Shown one piece after another: positions 40,322-53,712 of a stretch of 64,000 bases of DNA. The stretch spans positions 310,001 through 374,000 of the forward strand of contig MCFH01000038.1 in the NCBI GenBank assembly GCA_002104945.1. The letters run 5' to 3'. The notes below the pieces were generated by a model, which was given only the letters and a program-made list of their open reading frames with translations, searched no databases and was not told the origin of the DNA. The position numbers and the translations under genes are program-made. The DNA is from Piromyces finnis finn. Its lineage: Eukaryota > Fungi > Neocallimastigomycota. How positions within the stretch are numbered: position 1 is the stretch's first letter; every line of letters starts with the position of its first letter.

Positions 40322-41437
40322 CACAATAATAATTATAATAATGAAAAAACAGTAAATAATAATGACAATAGTAATCATCTGAAAAAATAAAATTTCAAAA
40401 CAATAAAAAATATATATAAAAAGAATAAAGCAGTAATTTTCAAATAAATAGAGAGAGAAAGAAAATTGACACAAATAATAAAGTGTAAATCAACGAAACA
40501 TGAAAATAAAAAAAAAAAAAAAAAAAAAGTAACAAAAACAAAATAAAATAATTTAAAAAAAAAAAAAAAAAAAAAAAACAAATAGAATAAAAACAATCAC
40601 AATAACAATATACCTTATCGAAATGCGAAGGAGGGAAGAAAAAAAAAAACAAGGAAAGAAAGGGGGAATAATAATTATCAAGAAATAAAAAATTTATCAA
40701 AAGAAAAAAAAAAATTGTAAAAAAAAAAAAAAAAGCTATCAAAAAATCATTTACCATTTAATAAAAAAAAAAAACACCTTTTTTAATTTTCATACAGATT
40801 TCTTTTCAAAAAAAAATTAAAAAAACAATATATATATATAATAATCAATAATCAATAATCATACTACTAATACTAATACTATTTTATTCAATTTCATATT
40901 TCATGCATACAAATCAATTATTTTTTTTTTTCTTTTTTTTCATTTTATTTATTTAAATTATAATTAAAAATTATGATTAAAATACCTGTTTTTTTTTTTT
41001 TTTTTATTGTTTGTTTAAATAAATGTTTAAAGAATTTTTAATAGATTTTTATTATTATTATTATTATTTCAAACTTTTTATTATCAAAGAATAGTTTTTA
41101 GTTTAGTTTATTTTTTTTTTAATAGTTTTTCATTTTCTTTTTATTACTCTTTTTTTTTTTTTTTTTTTTCTACTTAATATTATTTTTTTTACCTCATTTA
41201 TTCAAAAGGGGAAAATAAAAAAACCTCAGGCAAGGAAAAAAAAAAAAAGGAAAAGAAAAGAAAATAATAATTTACAATAATAATAATAATAATAAAACAT
41301 ATAAATCTTTAAAAAAAAAATTATAAAAAAATAATAAAAATAAAATAAAAATATAAAAAAATATAAAAAAATATATATATTATCATCTTTTTTAAGAGAC
41401 ATTCGTTTATTTATATATATATTACATTTTAATTAGA

Positions 41438-41538
41438 CTACACCTTGAAATTTTTTAACAGATCTTTAATTTTTTTCTTAAGAAAGGTTTCATTAAGGTC
41501 AGAAAGTCGAATTAATTCTTGATAATTTTCATTTGAAA

Positions 41539-41572
<34 letters not shown>

Positions 41573-41768
41573 GTATGGACCATCGAAGGAAGAAAAGAAA
41601 AAAGAAAGAAAGGGGAAAAAAAAATTAATAATTAAATATATATGTAATAGTATATTATAGATATGTATATTGGGTATATAATATATTTTTAAAGCATGTA
41701 GATAAATAGAATCATGATTATCGTGTCTTTTATTATTCTAATAATTTATCTATTTTATTATTAGTGAG

Positions 41769-41816
<48 letters not shown>

Positions 41817-43299
41817 TTTAGAACAAGCACGGCATAAAGAAAAAAGGTACATTCCATGATTTTTCAATTTTTTAATATCAGCTATATTAAATAAATTGTA
41901 AACACTAATAATTTCTATCGAGAAAAAAAAATATATATATATCAGTGTTACGCCGTTAAAATCCATGAATTATCAAATAAAAATAAATAAATATATGTAT
42001 ATATATATATATTATATTTTAGGGTTATTTATATACCTTTTAGCATATCATTTGTCATTGAAATTTTTTGATTCAATATGGTTTGAAGTACGGTGAGATG
42101 ATGATCATTCAAAGTAATGGAAGAGAAATCATCATCATTCAAGGTTCCCTTTTGATTAATAATTTGATATTTTTCTGTTGCAAAGTTTCTTTTTTTAAAA
42201 AAAAAAATAATAATAATAAAAACGAGTTATTTTTTACCACTTTTTTTTTTTTTTTAATAATTGTATTGAATTTAATATAAAAATAAAAGAAAGAAAAAAA
42301 AAACTATTTAAAATTTTTTTATAAAGATTTTTTTTTTTTTTCTTGATGACCTACTTTAATAATAAAGTATACTCTTCAGATGAAAATTTTATTTCTTTAA
42401 ATATTTTTATAATTAATTGGGCCTGAAATTTTTCTAAAGATTATTTTAAAATTTTAATTTATAAATAAAAAAAAAAAGGAAAAGGAAAAGGAAAAGGAAA
42501 ACCATAAATACAATTTATCATATCTTCGAATATACAAATTTGTTATTTTCATGAATTATTTAATATATATATATATATATATATTTATTTTTTCTTTTCA
42601 TTTTAATAAAGAAAAAAAAAAAAAAAAACGCTTTACCAAAATTTTCTTCAACAAGTAAAGGTGACAAAATACCATGAATCAAAAGTTTTTTATTATACTT
42701 TCCAATAATATCACAAACAGATACCAACTGAATCCCTGGAATATCCTTTAATTTTTTTAACTAAAAAAAAAAAGACAAATATATATATATATATATATAT
42801 ATATGATAAAAAAAATTTTTAATAAAGAATATATATAATATATTCTTATGCGTGCATGCATATTCATCATTAAAATTTATTATATTATATATATAATTTT
42901 TTTTTTTTTTTACCTTTACATATAAAGTATATTTTATTATATTTAAACTTGTATTGTAGGGAACATTTGTAGCGTCCATAAAGACCTTTTGAAAAATTTG
43001 TAAAAGATCATAATCTTTTAATTGGTCATAATCAAGCTTTAATTCAGGATTATACTAAAAACAATACATATATATACATTTTAACAGTAAAAAGAGTAGA
43101 TTTATATAACAAGAAAATGATAATAATAATAGAGAATTTATTAAAAAACAAATAAAAAAAAAAAGTGATTCATTTATATTCATTTTTCTTTTTTTCTTTA
43201 TATGAATGTAATGAACAAAATAAAGAAAAAAAAATAATAATAATTCAATGGTTCTTCCATTATTTAATTTTTTTTTTTTTCTATTTTCTATAGATAATT

Positions 43300-43331
<32 letters not shown>

Positions 43332-44285
43332 GTATTATCACTATATATATAATATATATAATATATATATATTACCTTTTGTTTTGAAATGTCAAATAAA
43401 TCTTTTACTATTACGGAAATATCACCTTCTATCACATGAGCGTTACACTGAGCAACCAATGCTTCAATATCAAGAGTAGAATGAGGAGTGGAAGCTATTT
43501 TTTCTGGACTTGATGAAACTTTTGGGAGTGTATTAGGTTCAGGATGTCGTTCAATAGGTGTTGTCGTAACCACTGTCTCTTGTACTTTAGGAACTTTTAA
43601 TAGGTCTGGACTAATTTGTTGATATTTTGAAAGTAATAATGCTTGGTATAATTTTTGTATATCTTGCTAAAACATTTAGTATAGAATTCGATTTTAGCAA
43701 TTAAATATAAATATTATAAATTTTTTATTATTATTAATTAAATGTTTACAGAAAATGAATTTAAAATATATATATCTATATATATATTTAAAAAAAATAC
43801 ATTTCATTAATTGGAAAAAAAATAATAATAATAAATGAAATGAAATTGAATAATCATTTAAACGTATAAAATAAAATAAAAAAGGGGGAGATAAAAATAA
43901 TATATATAAAGAATTTATTTAAAAATGTTGAATTTTTGTTTTCATTGCTATTATAAAGTTTTTTTTTTTTTTTTTACTCATTAGTTTCTAAATTTAAAAA
44001 AAAAAAAAATAAGAAGAATGGAATAATAAGTATATTTACATAGGAAGGAAGAGAAACGGGGGTTTGAACATTACAATTTTGGACATGTGGGTTTTTCCTC
44101 GCCTCCTCTTCTGTCGGTTGTTTTTGCTTTTTAAAAGAAGAAATGAAGGGAGGTGGTGAAGTAGATTTTCGTTTTTTTGAAGAATTCAATGGGACACCAT
44201 GCGTGGTTGCTGCTTCTACTGATTTTAACACATTAACTTGTTGTTGTAACTGAACATAATTAAAAGGATGTTGATTCCTATTCAT
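41438..44285 (-). CDS. FANCE: Fanconi anemia group E (FANCE)-like protein, ~8 exons
   Basis: Approximate exons: 44285-44040, 43666-43375, 43054-42920, 42760-42637, 42434-42355, 42189-42040, 41929-41811, 41539-41438. The translation includes KLLIHGILSPLLVEENFEKFQAQLIIKIF, ITLNDHHLTVLQTILNQKISMTNDML and LSDLNETFLKKKIKDLLKNFKV*. These parallel the human FANCE C-terminal segments [22 protein letters not shown] and [20 protein letters not shown] (recalled, not aligned computationally). Confidence 0.7.
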
Positions 44286-45567
44286 TTTTTTTTATTATTT
44301 TTATTTTTATGCTTATTTCATTTTATGTTTTACATTTTTTTTTTTTTTTTTTTTTTTTTTTCATATATATATATACATTAATAAATATATATATATATAT
44401 TACATTAATAATAAAAATTTAATGATTAATTTTAACTAAAAAATAAATAAATAAACTTGTGCAAAGGATAATAGATACAAATAAACAAGTTTAATAATTC
44501 ATAGTACTAATATTTTCTTTTATATTTCTAAATTGCATTATCCTAAAAAAAAAAAAAAAAGAAAATTATCAATTTAACATTAAAAAAAAAAATTTTTTTT
44601 TTTATTTTTTTTAATTTTTAATTATTAAATATTTTTTTTTAAATTTTTTTTTTTTTTTTGAACTATTATTTTATAATTTATTTTTTTCTACAATAAAGAA
44701 AAAAAAAAAAGGGAAAAAAGGAAAAAGGCTTTTTTATTATTATAATTAATTTCTTTAATTTTTTTTTGGTTTGATTTATTTTTTGCTTTATAATGCAAGC
44801 AAACTTAATTTTTGTTTAGTTAAAAATAAACTTTTAATTCTTAAAGATATTCCCAAAAAATAAATTTTCATTATGATTACTTGTTAGTTTATTTGTTTGA
44901 TTTTTAGCCATTATTAAAAAAGAATGTGCTAATAAATCGTTGTACCATTGAATCGTAATAAGATAATACAGTGTAAAACAGTATAAATGGTATAAATTAG
45001 GTAGAAAGATGAAATTTTGTTAATATCAAATTTTATCATAAATGCTGTATATATTCAAAGTTATTTAAAATGAAGATTTATTATTATTGTTGTTGTTGTT
45101 GCTGTGTTGTGTTTTTTTTTTTTTTTATTTTATTCTTTTTTTGCTTTATTAACTAGCAAAAAAAAAAAAAATAAAAAATTCTTGTAAAACATGAAAAAGA
45201 AAACTTTATCGAGTTGTCTTTTAATGCGTTTAAATAAATTGAAAAAAAAAAAAAAGTATATTTTTTATTATTATTATTATTATTATAAAGTTTAATTTCT
45301 TGTGTATGTGTGTTAATTTTTTTTTGTTTCACTGTTTTAATATTTTTGCTCTTTTTTTTTTTTCGATTTTTTTTTTTTTTTTTGTTTTTAGGTTTTGCTT
45401 TTAAAAACAAGATTAATAAGAATAAATTTTTTTTTTTTTCCCTCCTCTATTTTTTTTATAAAATAATAAATTTAGTCTTTTTGAGTAAACGATCAACTAC
45501 CATTCATTATAATAAAGTTGTTGTTGTTGCCATTAAACTTTTTTTTTTTGTCCTATTGATAAATAAG

Positions 45568-45601
<34 letters not shown>

Positions 45602-46310
45602 AATATTTTTCCTTTAAATATCAAATATTAAAATTAAAAATCGCATAAAACGTTTGCCTCTTTAAAAATAAATAAAAATAGGATGGGTAATTGGATGATG
45701 ATGATGCCTAGATATCATATATAAAAAATTATTATTATTATTAATTGATTATACAAATATTCTTTTATATATATATATATACTTTATAAAACAAATGCAA
45801 TTGATACTATTTATTTACATTAATTCACTCTTTAAACAATCATTATTTTGCTTTTTTTTTTTTTTTTTTTACCAAAATTTAAACCTCCACTATTTTTGTA
45901 TCATACTATCAACGACTTTTTTACTAAAAATAAGAATTCATATACATATATTATATAAAAAATTAAAATAAATAAAATAAAAAAATATTAATAATGAATG
46001 CCTTTACTCTGTAAAAGGAAATAGAAAAATAAAAAAAAAATATTTAATTTTTATAATTGTTTTTATTTGTACTTTTTTTATTTTTATCTTTTTTTTTACG
46101 AGTTTTTAAATTAGGATAATAAATTAGAGTATTAAAAAGAATACGAATTTAATATATATTAAATAAATAATTAAAATAAATTATTACATAAAGATTTCTT
46201 TTTTTTTTCCTATTTGGTATGGTCATCCAATTATTCAAACTCTAAAAATATTCTAAAAAAGATGGATATATTGGTAAGGTGAGACTAGATATTATTTAAT
46301 TTTTATTTCC

Positions 46311-47279
46311 TTAGCGAGTAAGAATGGATGATTTGTTTGAGGAAACAGATGCTGGAGATAAAACAGCAAAGCTATCATCATATATTAAACTATCTTCCTC
46401 AAAACTTAATTCATTTACGGCGCTATCTACAAGAGTACTATTGTTACTGCTTACACTATTGGATCTACAATTGCTCTTCATTAAATTAGATGTAGATGGT
46501 TTAGTACATTCTACATTGGTATCATGGGAATCATGAACAGCAACTGATTCTTCATTCTTATTTAGGATAATAGTATTAGTTTCTTTAACAATAGTGGAAA
46601 GTATTGGTTTGATTTCTTGTATATACCATATATTTGTAGCATAGTTATTACAAAGTATCATATCAATGTCTTGAATCCATTCAATAAACTCTTCACTAGT
46701 TATATTTATATTGAAAGAAATTCCAAAAAGCATTTCAATTTCCATAATATTTATTTGGGAAACTTCCATACCACAAACTGGTTCCCAAGCTTTATTATTT
46801 ATTGAACGTTCAGTGAAATATTTAAAAGCGATAATATAGGCGGCAATAAAGATTCTGTATTCAAATCCATCAGAACCACAAACACCACCATTTCTAGTAC
46901 GTAAACGATCAATTAGTTTTAAAGCACAGAGACATAAACTGAAAGAAGTTTCTGTAGCACCTAATACTTTTTCACAAAAATCTTGAAAGTTTTCATAGTT
47001 TACATTGTTCATCGGATTTTGTTGTTGGTGGAAATAAGACATTAAATCGTTTTGTGAATAATAAATATTTTGTTCTTGTGTATCCCAAATACTATAGAAA
47101 GAAAGTGTCATAAACTTTGCTAAGTTGGTGAGGGTATATTGGTCAAGTTTTTGAGTTCTAAAAGCACCAACATTTGGGTTATTTGTAGTAGATTTTTTTA
47201 TATTAAATGGGTTATTATTAAGACACTTTGGTTCGTCATATTGACAATAGCCAATAGATGAAGTGATTGGCATTTTCAT
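46311..47279 (-). CDS. Pho85-type (Pcl/Clg1/Pho80 family) cyclin, intronless
   Basis: 322-aa ORF with a cyclin box: FQDFCEKVLGATETSFSLCLCALKLIDRLR, YRIFIAAYIIAFKYFTERSINNKAWEPVCGMEVSQINIMEIEMLFGISFNI. The tail is Ser-rich. Confidence 0.85.
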   Translation of the reverse strand: MKMPITSSIGYCQYDEPKCLNNNPFNIKKSTTNNPNVGAFRTQKLDQYTLTNLAKFMTLSFYSIWDTQEQNIYYSQNDLMSYFHQQQNPMNNVNYENFQDFCEKVLGATETSFSLCLCALKLIDRLRTRNGGVCGSDGFEYRIFIAAYIIAFKYFTERSINNKAWEPVCGMEVSQINIMEIEMLFGISFNINITSEEFIEWIQDIDMILCNNYATNIWYIQEIKPILSTIVKETNTIILNKNEESVAVHDSHDTNVECTKPSTSNLMKSNCRSNSVSSNNSTLVDSAVNELSFEEDSLIYDDSFAVLSPASVSSNKSSILTR

Positions 47280-48629
47280 CTTGAATATATTTTAAAATTG
47301 TAATAAATAAATTAAATTAAAAAACCAAAATATTGAAATTTAAAAAATTGTGTTGAAATGTTGTATTAACAATCGTTTTTACTTATTTGTTTCTAAAAAA
47401 AAAAAAAAAAAGATTATTATTATTTCACTTTCTAGTTAAGGAAAATAAAGGTTTTATTAAAATACTTTTTTAAAAGCTACGTTTGTTTCGTTCGTTTCGA
47501 TTTAAAAAAAAAAACTATTAAAAAATTTCAATTTGCCCTTTTTCTTTAACTAGAATTTAAAATAAAAAAATAATAACTATTTAAAAATTTTTTTAAAGAA
47601 ACTTTTTCCTTCCTTTTATATGAAAATTAAAATTTATTAATTTAAAAGAAAGTCAATGAATGAATACATATTAATATAAATAATTTATTAATAAAAAAAG
47701 TATATATGAATGAATAAATAAGTAAATCCTAGGATGATCTTAAAAAAAGAAAAATAGAATTCATCTTTAATTAATATTATTAATAAATAAATTATTATAT
47801 TATAAAATAATATATTATAATATATTTCATATTGATATCATAAATAGAATTAAAAAAAGGTATTATTTATTTAGCTGTTCATTAATATATTAATAAGGCA
47901 TTTATTTATTTCATATGTATCCATTCATTCAATTATTTAAATGAGTTTAATTTTTTACCTTTCCATCCTTTTAAACTTTATTCTAATATATTAATATTGT
48001 ATATTACAATAGACTTGAGCTGATTTAATTACTATACCATTAAAATATATTATATATATTGATGGTATATTAATTTAAATTAAATATATTGTGTCAATAT
48101 ATTAAATAATTATAATTTTTAATATTCTAAAATAGTATTAAAAAAAAGAATACATTTAAAAAACAATATATTCAATATATACCTAATATATTACTATTTA
48201 AATAAATTTTTAAAAATAAAAATTTAATCTATCACCAAATACAATATAATATATGGATAAATATATTATAGAATAACATATGTCATATAAAATTAATATA
48301 TTTAAGTTTATTTAAAAATGCTATAATTTTGAAAATTTAAACATTTTTTGTTGATAGTTTCTAATATATTTTATTTGTTTGACCAATCATATTAAAGATA
48401 AAACTTTAAAGTTTTGATGTTTCTAAAAATAAATATTAAAAATAGTATTGTAATATATAATAGAAATATATTATTTATATGCTATGAATATAATGTTAAA
48501 CTTTAAAAAAAATTAATTTTATTTTAATATATTATAATTGAGAAAATCAATTAATAACAATATTTATTTTATATAGTAAAATAAATTGATAGTATATATT
48601 GTAATATATTATATCACAAGTATCATTTC

Positions 48630-49830
48630 ATTTTGTAGGCGGTCAAATTTTTTTTTCCAGCAGCTCTGGTACTGTAAAAAAAAGTCCTTTTAACATCGAC
48701 CAGGGCCTACTTTGTTGATTTGTATACAATAATGTACAATGTTTTTTCTGAATAATGTAATAAAACTTTAAAAATTTTTATCCGTTTATTAAAAAAAAAA
48801 AGTAAACTTTATAAAAAGTGCCTTGGTTTTGCTTTGTAGATTCCCGTTATTCTCTTGCTATTTAAAGTGACATTGAAACGATCATTTTTATAAATAACGA
48901 TTCTTTTATAACTAAACTTTTGAACCACTTTTTCCTCTCTTCAGACCTAGAATAATTTTTTTTTTTTTTTGGTTTAATACCACTTTTTTTTTTTCAATTA
49001 TTTATTCATATATTAATAATATATTATTAAAATTAATTAAATTCTATTCTTATAATTGTATTTGAAAATGTCTACATAGCAGAGAAATTGAAAAATGAAT
49101 GATGAGCAAGTAAACTTTTAGTCAATAAAGAATTGAGGGTAAAAAAAACAAAAGAATACTGAAGGGTTAATTGGAAGTATAAGGTCATTTTGTCATTCTA
49201 AAATCCATTAATTAACACAAGAGGCCATATCTTTTGATGATTATCCATCAAAAGAATGTGGGTTAGAGTATGGTAATATCCAATAATTTCATCTTCCCAT
49301 GATTTATCGTTGGATATGAAAAAGTCACCACCACATGGACGATAGAAATTTCTAATTAAAAAAAAAACTTTAATTAGTAAAATCTACCAATAAATACTAT
49401 TGGAGGGATACTCACCCACACAGCTGGCTAAAAAGTGTTACAAGAAGAAAAAAAGAACCAAATACAAGTAGTTTTTTTTTTATAAAGGAATACCCCCACC
49501 CTATGGACTACCATAAATTGTTATGAATTACCATAAATTCATGCAATGAATACAAATAAAAATATTATACACTCTTTATTCTATTCTATTAATAAAAAAT
49601 AAAATTTTATTTTATATTCAATAAACGTATCCTGTCCAAGTAAAAAAAAAAAAAAAATCTGATATCATTCATCAAATAACTTTTTTTTAATTATTCCTTA
49701 TCGTATTAATAAAGGTTTTATGCCATAGGATAGGTATATATTGTATTGATAAAGTTAATCCCGCCATACTAAAATAGATAAAAATGAGGCATGATCATTT
49801 TGACAATCTACTCTAGATAATTAAAAGTAG
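48630..49830. other. Locally GC-elevated, stop-interrupted segment; possible pseudogene or transposon relic
   Basis: Composition is more complex than the flanking A/T deserts, but all six frames are interrupted. A minus-strand GTGAGT...TACTAAT...TAG intron-like unit lies at ~49415-49355. No family was recognised. Confidence 0.3.
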
Positions 49831-51111
49831 TATGACATTAACACACTTTGCCATTTTTTTATTATTTATTTAAAAGGTATAGTTTTTTCTTTTTACTAAG
49901 ATTATAATTTACTATTGATGTTTTTTATAGGTGTGTATTTTTTTTTTTTTTTTTTACTATTGCTATTACTATAATAGGATTATAATTTACTATAAGGAAT
50001 AATAAAGATATTTGTTTTTTTAAATAATAACTAGGATAGAGTTAAACCTCTTCTTTCTTATCTTTTTCCTTCCCTTCCTTATATATTGTCTTTTTTTTGC
50101 TTCCTTATTAGTTAAACATTCTTATCAATACTGCCCACCATCCTTCTTCTTTATTATTTAATAATTAAAAAAAAATTGAAATTTAATTAGGTCATTTATG
50201 GCATTTAATAATTAATTAATTGAATAATAAAATTTTAATTATAATTAAATTAAAATAGATTAATCTGTTAAATTAAAAATTTATCCATCGATTAACTACA
50301 TTAATGTAACAAATTTAATTTAATTTTGATAATTAATTACATTACATTTTGTATTTACAGAAAAAGACATTCTACTTTTCATACCATCACACCACACCAC
50401 CTACCAACTATTAGAATGGTAAAAAAAAAAATGGCTAAATTACATTGTACACACTTTTTTACATTTCTTTAGTTATTGTGCAAAAAAAGGAAAAAGGAAA
50501 AACAGGTAATAGAAAGATTCATCTTTAAATTGTTTATTTTTTTATTAATTTATTCTTTTTCTTTTATTTATTAATTATTATTTCAACATTAATTATTCAT
50601 ACTCTAATTAATTCTCATTTATTAAATCTAATATAAATGAATTAGGATGACAAGTTTGTTTGCTATTTAACATTATTTTTTTTTTATTTTTAATTATAAT
50701 TATACTTTTTAAATTTTAATTCTATCAAAGTATATATATATAATTAAATTTTAAAAAAAAGTAATTCATTTGTAATGACAAAACTTTCATTATAATAACA
50801 GTAACAATATTAAACCTTTATTATTACATAGTTAGTTAATAGGATATTTTAAAATGAATACTTTATTATTGTCAATGGTGGTGGTGGTGTTGTTATTACT
50901 TTTTTTTTTTTTTTTGCAATAAATCAATTTAAAAGGTATTCTTTTTTTAAAAAAAGATTGTATATATAGGTAAGATTACACTAAATTTAAAAAGTTAAAT
51001 ATAATACAAATTTATATTATAAATAATATTTACTAAAAGTAGAGTCATAAATTTTAAAAGTCAATAATAATAATAATAATAATAATAATGGTTTACATCA
51101 TTTCTATCATC

Positions 51112-51143
<32 letters not shown>

Positions 51144-52868
51144 CTTCTGTATAATGGTTTATTTTTAAAATTTTAATTATTAGAATTTTTAAACTATGTC
51201 ATTATTAAAAACATTTAAATTTGATAGCCATCCTTTAGATATAAAAAAAAAAAGAAAATACAGAAAATAAAAAAAAAAAAAAAGTAAAAATGTACATAGA
51301 TACATAGATGTATATCCACAAAAAAAAAATGGTAGAGGCAATATCTTTTTTAAAAAAATATTATATATAATTATTAAAAAGTTTTTTTTTTTTTTTTTTT
51401 TATATGATATAATTATTTTTAATTGTAATACGTTTGTTTCTTGTTTGTTTTTTGTTTTTTTAGACAATGGAAAATGTAAATTTATTTAAAAAAAAAAAAA
51501 AAAAGATAGTATAACCTGATTACTTTATTTTTATTGTTATTCCTTAATCTTTGGTTAGGGTTGATATCTTATTCATAGATAAATTACCTTTTTTTTTTTT
51601 TTTTTAATGACGTAAAAACTTAAATTTAGAAAATCTATTCAACTTTGTTTTTTATAAATAATTAGTTTTGAATCCTTTTAAACTGTAATAACTTGATTTT
51701 TTAAAAGTTTTTTTGATAAAAAAAAAACAATAGTTTTTATTTAAAAATGTTTAATATTTTTCTTTTGTTTGTCTCTTTTTTTCATTGTTTTTCCCTCTTT
51801 TTTTTTATTTTACCTAGTCATTGCATATTCCCATATGAAAAAAAAAAAAAAAAGGAACAACTAAAAGCAGTATTACTATTATTACGGTTAATATTAATTC
51901 CAAAAAATAATATACTTCCTTTCTAATAATAGATATATTTTTTTTTTGTATCGAAATACAACTTTTTTGTGGCTCATTGAGAAATGTTATATTATGATGT
52001 GGCTTTATTAATAGATTATATTAATAAAAGAATGATATATCATATGTATTTCATGAAATAAAATGGACTTTCTCCATATATAAATGATATTAAATGTTAT
52101 TTATAGAAGACCATTCCTCAATATAAATATATTAATTTAATATAATTTTAGAAACCTGGTGAAACCAATAAAAAATTGATAAATAAATAAAATATACCTA
52201 CCACAATTTAATTATAGCATGAATTGTTTCAATGAATCATTTCAACCTAATTAGAATGAATAAAAAAATATTTTTAAAAAAAAAAAATAATAATAAAAAT
52301 AAAATTTCATTTTTATTTATTTATAATAAAAAAACAATTCTTATTCTTTTTTTTTTTAATTTTTATGGCAAGTAAATTTCTCTCTCTTGTTTCTTCTTCT
52401 TCTTCAACTTTTTACTATTTTATATCAAAAAGACAAAATGGCATTTTTTTTAATTTAATGAAATAAATTAAATCATTTAATGCTGAATTAAAAATTAAAT
52501 TTTTGGAAAGTTTTCATATAGCTCAAAACGTCGTGTAACTTTCATCAAACTTTAATAAATAATAAAATGAAAAAAGAATTGATACTTTATATGATTCAAC
52601 ATCTCAAAAAAAAAAACATTTTTTATTTTGGATTTCTTTTAAAAATTTATAAAAAAAGAACAAAATTCCGTTTTTTTTTTATTATTATTATTATTAAAAA
52701 AAAAAAAAAAAGGTTGATTATAAAATAAAAAGTTATTGCAAAAAATTAAACAAGAATAAATAATAAAAGAATAACTTTTTTTTTTTTGTTAATTCTATTT
52801 CTGTTATTTCGCCAAGCCAAATCACATACATTTTCTTTTTCTGTAACAAATATAGAATATAAATAAAA

Positions 52869-53712
52869 ATGGATTTTGATTTTATGGGATTATATTCTTT
52901 TGATAGTATTAAAGCAAGTTTGGATAGGTAGGTCTAATTTTATTATAACGAATAATAAAGTATTCAATAAAAATAAAATTAATGGAATTTTAAAAAAAAA
53001 AAAAAAAAGTAAATTAAAAAATTCTTTAAAAGAAAATGTTTAAAATAATAATGAGAATAATAATTAAAAATTAAGGATAATGAAAATTAATTTTTAATTA
53101 CTATTTTTCTTTTTTATTAACCACTCACTATGATTCTATAAACAAAAAAAAAATAGTTATGAAAAAGAATGTAAAGTTGATAGTGACTGTCCTGACTATT
53201 TTAAATGTTTTGAAAGTAAAAATTGTGTATTACCCTTCTATTGTTCTATGGATGGAATAAGATGTTCCTACAATACAGTGGCAAGAAATTATTGTTCAAA
53301 TGAAAATTGCAACCTTGAATTTTGTCAACCAAATGAACGTAACCTTTGTCTACCGAAGAATTTAAACGATACATCAGAATGTCTTGAAGATATTGATTGT
53401 CTTTCCCAAAATTGTATAAAATTTTCAAAAAAATGTGGTTATATGCAATTTAAATATTGTATTGCTGGAGCAAAAAATACCCGTTGTGGACTTGATATCG
53501 GTTCGCAATGTTATAATAATGAGGAATGTCTCAGTGGATATTGTGAAAAAAATGTTTGTGAAGCCTCGTTAAATGTCGGTATATTTACCTATATATTTAT
53601 AGGGTGTGTTATTGTTTTGGCTCTATTAATATTTTCTTTCTTTATTTATATTCTCAGAAAAATATTTGGAAGAAAAAAGGAACAATATGACTACTACGAT
53701 AATAATTTTTAA
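52869..53712 (+). CDS. Cys-rich single-pass membrane protein (repeated C-x2/3-D/N-x-D/E-C-x-S-x2-C modules)
   Basis: Exon 52869-52927 (phase 2, GTAGGT donor) joins a TAG acceptor at 53156 in frame with the 154-aa ORF. It contains ECKVDSDCPDYFKC, ECLEDIDCLSQNC and QCYNNEECLSGYCEKNVC, then a TM helix (IFTYIFIGCVIVLALLIFSFFIYIL) and a basic/Tyr tail. The 5' end is uncertain and no clear signal peptide is seen. Confidence 0.7.

Noticed and set aside
40229-40757. F/I-rich minus-strand ORFs resembling membrane proteins
   Set aside because: Products of A-runs and (AAT)n; no splice-supported conserved frame.
45153-45603. K-rich and F-rich ORFs between the FANCE-like and cyclin genes
   Set aside because: Homopolymer-derived; no coding signal.
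49390-49480. LLEGYSPTQLAKK resembling a transposase helix-turn-helix
   Set aside because: Too short, with no DDE motif, terminal inverted repeats or target-site duplication found.
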